Source: Candidatus Latescibacterota bacterium (GTDB taxonomy: Bacteria; Latescibacterota; UBA2968; UBA8231). Taken from it: 64,000 nt of DNA. Shown here in pieces: positions 57,870 through 64,000 of this stretch; position 1 is the first letter of the stretch; the number at the start of each line of letters is the position of its first letter. The notes below the pieces were generated by a model that worked only from the letters and a program-made list of their open reading frames with translations, searched no databases and was not told where the DNA came from. The stretch is from contig CBDFJF010000002.1 of assembly GCA_965248265.1 (NCBI GenBank), positions 1,600,001 through 1,664,000 of the forward strand. The letters run 5' to 3'. Made by a program: the position numbers and the translations under genes.

Positions 57870-57914
57870 AATATACGACGATAATCGTACATGTCAACGA
57901 TAATTGTCGTATAT
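57870..57914 (-). promoter_or_regulatory. Repressor promoter with two tandem BlaI-type operators
   Basis: Minus strand TTGACA(57897-57892)-N16-TATATT(57875-57870); operators TACGA-N6-TCGTA (57874-57889) and AACGA-N6-TCGTA (57896-57911). Confidence 0.85.
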
Positions 57915-58047
57915 CGAATAGCGGTGTGCGATAGGTCTGAATGATCTCCTGCTCCCCACGAGTGCTTGTCAATGTTCATTGAGTGCCCTACGATCAAACA
58001 CGCATCGTATACCTGAAACCAGGGACCACCTGAAGGTTGAGAGAATT

Positions 58048-60288
58048 ATGATTCCGCTCCGTCGCGCTCTCGCGCTTCTGGTCGTTGTCGCCCCAAGTGT
58101 TCTCTATGCCGAACCGATGGAGTCCGGTGTCGAGCGGACAACATGGGCTCCGCTGGAGTCCACCGATTTTGTCCGCGGCTGGCTCTTGTGCGGCGTGTTT
58201 CCGAACCCGCCGGATGAAACTGGCAAGACGACAACCATCGGCATGGACACCGACTACTTGGCGGCTCATGGAGGAGAGGGCGTCATTCGTCCGGGCGATG
58301 GTATGGCCCACCTGCGGCCAGATGGCACTGAAGCTTCCTGGTTCGCGCACACCTCGCCCCAGGATTTCGTGAATTTCAGACTGGCATTCGAGGGACAGGC
58401 GAGCAGGAATGTCGTCGGATACGCCTATACGACGGTGAACATCGCCGCGGCGGGAAAGGCGGTCCTGTCCACGGGCAGCTCCGACGAGTTCCTGGTATGG
58501 TTGAATGGAGAGCTCATCCACCACCACCCCGGCCACGGCGTTTTCACGGATTCAGACCGAACCGAGATCAGCTTGTCGGAGGGAGAAAACCGGCTTCTCA
58601 TCAAAGTCAGGCAAGCCGCTCGCAATTGGGGATTTGTCATGCGACTCATCGGTGAGGCGGAAGCGAGCGAACTGACTGCCAGGGAGGTGGTACGAGAGCA
58701 GTTGGAGGAATTTCAGGACGCCGAGCTGCGCCCCAGGGGCAAATGGGATTTCATGTTCACCGTGGGAGACTTTCCCGAGATCGTCTGGACCGATCCTGCT
58801 CTGGTCAAATCGTCAGTGGGCGAGTTCTCATATGATGTTCGATGGTTCGACGCCGAGTTTCAGGAGGTGTCAAAAGCCGCAAACCCGGGTCGATACCACG
58901 CCTACATCACTGGCGAGCTCCCGTCTGGAATACCGTTTCGCAGGGCGCTGACTCTGTACTGCCGGCCACCCGAGTGGCGCCCGTGGCGCGACCAGATCAA
59001 GGCTAGTGTGGACTATCCGCCAAACAGCCCTATTGATGAAAAAGCATGGAAAGAGCGTCAAGAGATGATCGCCCTCCGAGTAGGATCTCAATTCGTCCAG
59101 TCACTGGCGACTGAGGAGGCTGGGGCGATCTTGATGGCCTATCTGGACGAGATGGAGCCTCTGGGGAGGGAGCCGCTCCCGTATGAGACTCCGGAAATTG
59201 CCGACGGGGAACACCATCTCCGCCTGAAACGGCGCCTGATGGACACGGAGGATCGATACCCGCCTCTACAACCGCCTCGAAAGACGGACAAGGAATCGAC
59301 TCTCATACGCACGGGAACGCCAGCGGAGGCCGGCGTCAAAGAAGACTCAGCTGACCGCATTCGGGCTATTTGCCAGCAGTGGTATGAGGAGAGTGGGGAA
59401 CCTTTCGTGACTCTTGTCGCCAGGCACGGCGTGATCGTGCTGCACGAATCCTTTGGGCCAGTAGCGCTCGATGCATCGCTCTACATGGCTTCGATTACCA
59501 AGGCGATCACGGCGATGATGTTCGCTCAGTTCCTCGATCAGGGCCTCATCGATCTGGACGACGCCATTGGTAAATACCTCATAGGCTTCCCTACTGAAGG
59601 GGACAAAATCGTCACTCTCAGGCATTGCTTTACTCACACCACCGGCCTGCGAGGGGGCGGTCGGTGGGGCAGCATCCGCAATCCATGGCTGGATAACGTT
59701 ATTCTCAACGGCCTCGACTACCTCGTGCCCGGGCAGCGGTATCAGTACACCGGTTTAGGCATCAACCTGGCTGGCAAGGTCATGGAAGCGGTCAGTGGTA
59801 GGAACATTTTGAGACTCATCCCGGAGAATTTTTTCCATCCCCTGGGACTGAGGAATACGACGATCAACAACCTCACAGGTTCATCCAGATGCTCGGCGGA
59901 AGACACAGCCAAACTCGCACAACTCCTGCTGAACAAGGGCACGTACGGTGGCAGGGTGTTCTTTTCACCTCAAACGTTTGAAAAATTGCTGCCGAGAGAA
60001 CTTGGCGAGTACTATCCGGACCTGTATTACCCGGAACTGGACCTCGAAGTGGGCATCGGCCTCACCTTCATGCGCGCCGATCATCCCACAGCCGGCGACG
60101 GCGACATCCGGAAAGACAGAACGTTACTGAGCAGAAACACCTTCGGACATGACGCGGCTTCGAAGGCCGTCTTCCGCATAGATCCGGACAACGAGATCGT
60201 CGTGGTCCAGGTCAGGAACACAGCCGGCCCCAAATACCGACAGTTTTTCCTCCGATTTCTACAGGAAATCGACGCCAGTATTCTTTGA
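58048..60288 (+). CDS. Secreted serine hydrolase, beta-lactamase (class C/esterase VIII-like) fold with N-terminal PA14-like domain
   Basis: Signal peptide; WLLCG.F, YAYT, D...VWLNG, G.NRLLIKV; catalytic SITK, THT.G, YTG, FGH. Confidence 0.85.
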   Translation: MIPLRRALALLVVVAPSVLYAEPMESGVERTTWAPLESTDFVRGWLLCGVFPNPPDETGKTTTIGMDTDYLAAHGGEGVIRPGDGMAHLRPDGTEASWFAHTSPQDFVNFRLAFEGQASRNVVGYAYTTVNIAAAGKAVLSTGSSDEFLVWLNGELIHHHPGHGVFTDSDRTEISLSEGENRLLIKVRQAARNWGFVMRLIGEAEASELTAREVVREQLEEFQDAELRPRGKWDFMFTVGDFPEIVWTDPALVKSSVGEFSYDVRWFDAEFQEVSKAANPGRYHAYITGELPSGIPFRRALTLYCRPPEWRPWRDQIKASVDYPPNSPIDEKAWKERQEMIALRVGSQFVQSLATEEAGAILMAYLDEMEPLGREPLPYETPEIADGEHHLRLKRRLMDTEDRYPPLQPPRKTDKESTLIRTGTPAEAGVKEDSADRIRAICQQWYEESGEPFVTLVARHGVIVLHESFGPVALDASLYMASITKAITAMMFAQFLDQGLIDLDDAIGKYLIGFPTEGDKIVTLRHCFTHTTGLRGGGRWGSIRNPWLDNVILNGLDYLVPGQRYQYTGLGINLAGKVMEAVSGRNILRLIPENFFHPLGLRNTTINNLTGSSRCSAEDTAKLAQLLLNKGTYGGRVFFSPQTFEKLLPRELGEYYPDLYYPELDLEVGIGLTFMRADHPTAGDGDIRKDRTLLSRNTFGHDAASKAVFRIDPDNEIVVVQVRNTAGPKYRQFFLRFLQEIDASIL

Positions 60289-60300
60289 TCGGCCATGTGA

Positions 60301-61449
60301 TCATATCCGCTTGCTGATTCCGTGTACGGGTATCGCTGAATTTGGCCGGAGCACTCCGATTGGAAGGCCGACAGAATACTCGCACGCCCGGTACAGTTTC
60401 AGGGCAGACTCGTTAGGGGCCGCAACGCGAGCCCGGATTTCCTTCACGCCGCGAGTGCTGAGCCAGGATTCGGCTTCTGCGAGTAAGCCTCTTGCAGCCC
60501 CTTGGCGGCGGTGAGCCGGTGAAACGAACAACCCCCAGAGGTAGCCGGAAGATGGATCCTCATCGGATATGCCGAATCCACACATCGCAATGGGTTCGCC
60601 TTCATGTTCGAAATACGCAATCGACTTGCTGTGTGCCGTGACAGCATCTGATAACCATTGGGTTAGTTCCGCATCAGAGCGTTCCGCAAAGGCTTCAGCA
60701 GTTTCACCAAAGGCATCAGGGTCATTCTGCAGAGCCTTCATCCGTATTCTGCGGAAACGATCGGTATCTTCAGCTGTGAAGTGTAGGACCATCGCCTTGC
60801 TCGTTACCTGTGGCTGGACGCTCGGTGACTCTCTTCCTCTCTTGCTTTGGGCGATCATCTGCTCCACGCGCTCCTTCCAAGGATGAGAGTACCATTTCTT
60901 GCGCCACTCCTCGCGGGTCGACTCCACGTCAGGGGGCGTTTGGCTCCCGTAGCTTAGGGCATCCAAGAAGGACATGATGTTGCTGAGTTTGCCCTCTATG
61001 ATGGAGCAGACTCCAGGACGACCACTCTCACCGTGATACCGATGGATAAGCGTGTCGATCAGGATGAGCCGCTCCCTGGGTGATCGAGCAGCGCTGAAAC
61101 GCCGTACGAACTCCTCGAGTTGTGACTTCATGCGGCCCGCGAACAAGTGTTTGTACTTGATGGTCTTCCGGTAAGCTTCCCAGGGGCATCGCCACTCACA
61201 CTCGGCGCACTCCAACCACTGCCGCTCGTGCTCGACGGTCGCTCCACAGGCCGCACAGGGGGCACGTCCGCTGACGGCGTCTGTGGCGGCCAGGATGCTC
61301 TCGGCCCTCGCAAGCAACGCGTAGCCCACCTCATTGATCAATTCCTCGTCGACGAGGCCTTTCCCGGAGCTTTCGTAGAACCTGGAGATCATCACCTTGC
61401 GGAGGCGCGGGGCCCAGGCCGGCAGTCCGTATTCAGTGTCGTTACTCAT
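60301..61449 (-). CDS. Zn-ribbon hypothetical domain fused to GNAT acetyltransferase
   Basis: CAAC...CAEC; C-terminal R..AL..DP.AFG, LFV.P.HRRQG.A, N..A..LY. Confidence 0.75.
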   Translation of the reverse strand: MSNDTEYGLPAWAPRLRKVMISRFYESSGKGLVDEELINEVGYALLARAESILAATDAVSGRAPCAACGATVEHERQWLECAECEWRCPWEAYRKTIKYKHLFAGRMKSQLEEFVRRFSAARSPRERLILIDTLIHRYHGESGRPGVCSIIEGKLSNIMSFLDALSYGSQTPPDVESTREEWRKKWYSHPWKERVEQMIAQSKRGRESPSVQPQVTSKAMVLHFTAEDTDRFRRIRMKALQNDPDAFGETAEAFAERSDAELTQWLSDAVTAHSKSIAYFEHEGEPIAMCGFGISDEDPSSGYLWGLFVSPAHRRQGAARGLLAEAESWLSTRGVKEIRARVAAPNESALKLYRACEYSVGLPIGVLRPNSAIPVHGISKRI

Positions 61450-61577
61450 TCAGCAGTTAGTGTATTTGGGTGAGGACCGGAGACTCTGAGCCGTGAGCCC
61501 ATCCACAAACTGCGGGCGGTCGACACTGTCACCCAGAGATCTCCGACCTCTACATTCAGGCGTGAGCAGGCGCTGAT

Positions 61578-62693
61578 CTACCAGTTGGTGAGCGAACCGT
61601 CGGCCCTGTGGTAGCGCGGGCCGTGGCCGGGTTTGAACGAGTACGCCGCCGCCGCCTCTTCGTCGAACTCGATGCCCAGCCCCGGCCCTTCGGGGGCCAG
61701 CAGGTATCCTGCCTTGTACGGGACTTGCAGCGGAAACAAGTCCTCCATCACAGTCCGGCCGATCAGGCCGCCTTCCTGCACTGCGAAGTTGTCGACGGAG
61801 ATTCCGAGGTGCAGGCACGCAGCGGCTGACACCGGGCCCAGCGGGTTGTGCGGAGCGATCTTGATGTAGTGGGTCTCGCACCAGTTGGCGATCTTGCGGG
61901 CCTCCGTGAGCCCCCCGACGATTCCCAGGTCGACGCGGGCGTAGTCGAGGAGTTCCTCCTCGATCAGTTGGCGGAACTCCCACTTGGTGGCGAAGTGCTC
62001 GCCCACGGCCAGCGGACAGGGCACGTGCCTTCTGACGGTGCGGTAGCTCTGCGGATTCTCACAGCGCAGCGGGTCTTCGATGAAGAACGGGTCGTAGGGT
62101 TCGAGCCGGCGCCCCAGGCGGATGGTGTCGGGTGTATCCAGACGGGTGTGGACATCCATGATGAGCTCGATTTCCGGGCCAACGGCTTCCCGCACCGCTG
62201 CGAACGCCTCGACCGAGTCGCGAATGGCGGCCACCGGCTCGAGGATTCCGTCGCGAGCCTTCAGGCTCATACGCAGGTAGCGCCAACCCTCCTCGACCCT
62301 CTCCCTGGCGCGTTCGGGGGTGCCCGCACCGGTGTAGCAGACCACCCGGTCGCGCAGCTTGCCCCCGAGCAGCATGTACACCGGTTGGCCGAGGGCCTTG
62401 CCCTTGATGTCCCAAAGGGCGACATCGATAGCGCTCTGGGCCGCCATGTTGATGCGGCCACCGGGGAAGAAGTCACCCCTCAGCAGCAGCTGCCACAGGT
62501 ACTCGGTGTTGAGTGGATCCTGGCCGATCAGGTCCGTCTTCATTTGCTCGATGGCGCCGATGCCAGCCTGCTCCTTCCAGGTCAGACCGAACTCCCCCAT
62601 CCCGTAGAGGCCCTCGTCGGTTTCGACCTTGACGAACATGTAGTTGCGCGATCCGTGGAACACGGGGAAGCACCTGACGTCGGTGATTTTCAT
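61578..62693 (-). CDS. Mandelate racemase/enolase superfamily (galactonate dehydratase-like)
   Basis: VKVETDEG..G.GE, SAIDVALWDIKGK, metal ligands DVH, IEDP, VGE; PHN; PGLG. Confidence 0.92.
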   Translation of the reverse strand: MKITDVRCFPVFHGSRNYMFVKVETDEGLYGMGEFGLTWKEQAGIGAIEQMKTDLIGQDPLNTEYLWQLLLRGDFFPGGRINMAAQSAIDVALWDIKGKALGQPVYMLLGGKLRDRVVCYTGAGTPERARERVEEGWRYLRMSLKARDGILEPVAAIRDSVEAFAAVREAVGPEIELIMDVHTRLDTPDTIRLGRRLEPYDPFFIEDPLRCENPQSYRTVRRHVPCPLAVGEHFATKWEFRQLIEEELLDYARVDLGIVGGLTEARKIANWCETHYIKIAPHNPLGPVSAAACLHLGISVDNFAVQEGGLIGRTVMEDLFPLQVPYKAGYLLAPEGPGLGIEFDEEAAAAYSFKPGHGPRYHRADGSLTNW

Positions 62694-62729
62694 CGTTTCC
62701 GCTCGCTTTCTGGCGTGTGGAGGCCGTCA

Positions 62730-63455
62730 TCAATTCATGGTCTTGCCGACGACTATTGTGCGGTGGCTTGACCGGCCGAAGGGACCTCCGCCGCGCGAGC
62801 CGTAGTACGCCTCGACCGACAAACCCGCTAGTTCGAACATGTCGCGAAGTTCACCTGGCGTGTACAATCGGATCGACGACACGTTGCTCGGACTCTCCAC
62901 ACCGCGGATTATCCATCGAGTGATTACGCGCTGTGTGTCGGCGTCCCACCGCGTCCTCAACAGGACGGTGCCGTAGGCACGCTCCGGGATGAAGTTACGC
63001 AGGATGCGCTCCCTGTTCGGTTGATCGATCAGCAGCCGTCCCCCTCGGCGCAAGGCACGTGCGTAGGCAGCGATTACTGCCGCATTATCAGCGTCGGAGA
63101 AGTACCCGAAACTACCGAACCAATTGAACACGCCGCTGAACTCTTTGTCGAATCCTATGTCACGTAAGTCTTGGACACGGAACTCTCCGCTCAACCCATG
63201 CCGACGAAATCTACTACGGGCCCGATTGATGAACACCTTCCGCAGATCGACACCAGTGACCCTGCAACCGGCGAGCGCCAGGTGGAAAGCAATACGACCA
63301 GCGCCGCAGGGGGCATCAAGCACGGAACTGCCCATCCGCAAACGGAGCGCTTTCTTGATGAATCGTGCTTCGTCAGCACCAATATGAGTTGGTCGTAACC
63401 ATTGGCCAATGTCAAGGGTCTCATACCAATTGTCGGGAGACTCGTTGCTCATCAT
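62730..63455 (-). CDS. Class I SAM-dependent methyltransferase
   Basis: VLDAPCGAGR, VTGVDL, SFGYF, L..GGRLLID. Confidence 0.9.
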   Translation of the reverse strand: MMSNESPDNWYETLDIGQWLRPTHIGADEARFIKKALRLRMGSSVLDAPCGAGRIAFHLALAGCRVTGVDLRKVFINRARSRFRRHGLSGEFRVQDLRDIGFDKEFSGVFNWFGSFGYFSDADNAAVIAAYARALRRGGRLLIDQPNRERILRNFIPERAYGTVLLRTRWDADTQRVITRWIIRGVESPSNVSSIRLYTPGELRDMFELAGLSVEAYYGSRGGGPFGRSSHRTIVVGKTMN

Positions 63456-63597
63456 CTATCGGACGTAAGCGATCGTGCCACCAGCGACTGGACGGTTGAG
63501 TAAATCTCCCTCGAATCAGATGTCGAGAATCCTCTTGTCCGTGCCCTGTCCTCGCACTCTCGGATCAGCTGAGTGCCCAATTCACCAGCCACGCTAA

Positions 63598-64000
63598 TCA
63601 TTTCCATTCCACCACGATTTCGATACGGCGGTTGAGAGCCTTGTTCTCGGGTGTGTCGTTGTTGGCGATCGGACGCTCCGCACCATAGCCGCGTGCCTCA
63701 ACCAGGCTTGGCGTGATGAAGTCGTAGTTTTCTTCCAGAATCATCTCAATGGCTCTGGCCCGTTTCAGCGACAGCTCCTTGTTCGAATGCGCATCACCGT
63801 CCGAATCGGTGTGCCCATCAATGAAAAACCTGGACGGTGAATGGAGCATTATGAACGTGGCCATTTTGTCGAATTCCTGTGCGGCGCCGGCTTTCAGGCC
63901 GGTACCCTGAGCGAACAACACGCTTGAGTCGAGGAGGAGACAGGGCACGACGACATCCCCCTTCATGGCCACTTCATACTCTATCAGTAGGCTGTCCATG
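63598..64000 (-). CDS. OmpA-like C-terminal domain protein, 5'-truncated by window edge
   Basis: LF..G, IDGHTDS.G....N..LS..RA, GYG..RP.A.N....N...NRRIEI. Confidence 0.88.
   Translation of the reverse strand, partial: MDSLLIEYEVAMKGDVVVPCLLLDSSVLFAQGTGLKAGAAQEFDKMATFIMLHSPSRFFIDGHTDSDGDAHSNKELSLKRARAIEMILEENYDFITPSLVEARGYGAERPIANNDTPENKALNRRIEIVVEWK

Noticed and set aside
58048-60288. Calling the serine hydrolase a true beta-lactamase/resistance gene
   Set aside because: Only SxxK is canonical; the other motifs deviate and the fold includes many esterases and peptidases.
60290-63600. Integron-like cassette array (GNAT, methyltransferase, same strand)
   Set aside because: No attC-type RYYYAAC...GTTRRRY dyads or repeated spacers, and no integrase seen.

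Overview
GC-rich bacterial chromosomal window with about 55 protein-coding genes. I recognised no rRNA, tRNA, CRISPR array or transposase. Housekeeping genes (topA, dinB, gnd, birA, dsbB/dsbA, natAB, M16 protease) are mixed with many small-molecule catabolic enzymes (SDRs, Gfo/Idh/MocA, PhyH dioxygenases, BNR/sialidase-like proteins, enolase-superfamily, uxuA-like, DHDPS-like, fluoroacetate-dehalogenase-like). This gene content, plus a C-terminal TAVE-x-x-SWG-x-x-K tail and DUF6784/DUF6798 proteins, suggests a Candidatus Latescibacterota-like (FCB-group) organism; that assignment is inference only. Main points: (1) a blaI / blaR1(M56) / divergent serine-hydrolase module with a clear double operator over a near-consensus promoter, where the usual penicillin-binding sensor is replaced by a different domain that keeps its own in-frame RBS+ATG; (2) a probably leaderless two-gene module encoding a basic-helix protein and a DUF6036 nucleotidyltransferase (TA/defence candidate); (3) a membrane-anchored PilZ-like protein with widely spaced motifs; (4) a ~47-bp direct repeat bracketing a single aldolase gene upstream of gnd; (5) several short gene remnants at gene junctions (acr3 start, DUF6784 tail, Gfo/Idh/MocA pseudogene, receiver stub, enolase tail), pointing to heavy single-gene turnover with no visible mobile element; (6) candidate sigma54, sigma28, ECF and CRP-type sites. 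All family assignments come from motif recognition by eye, not database searches.
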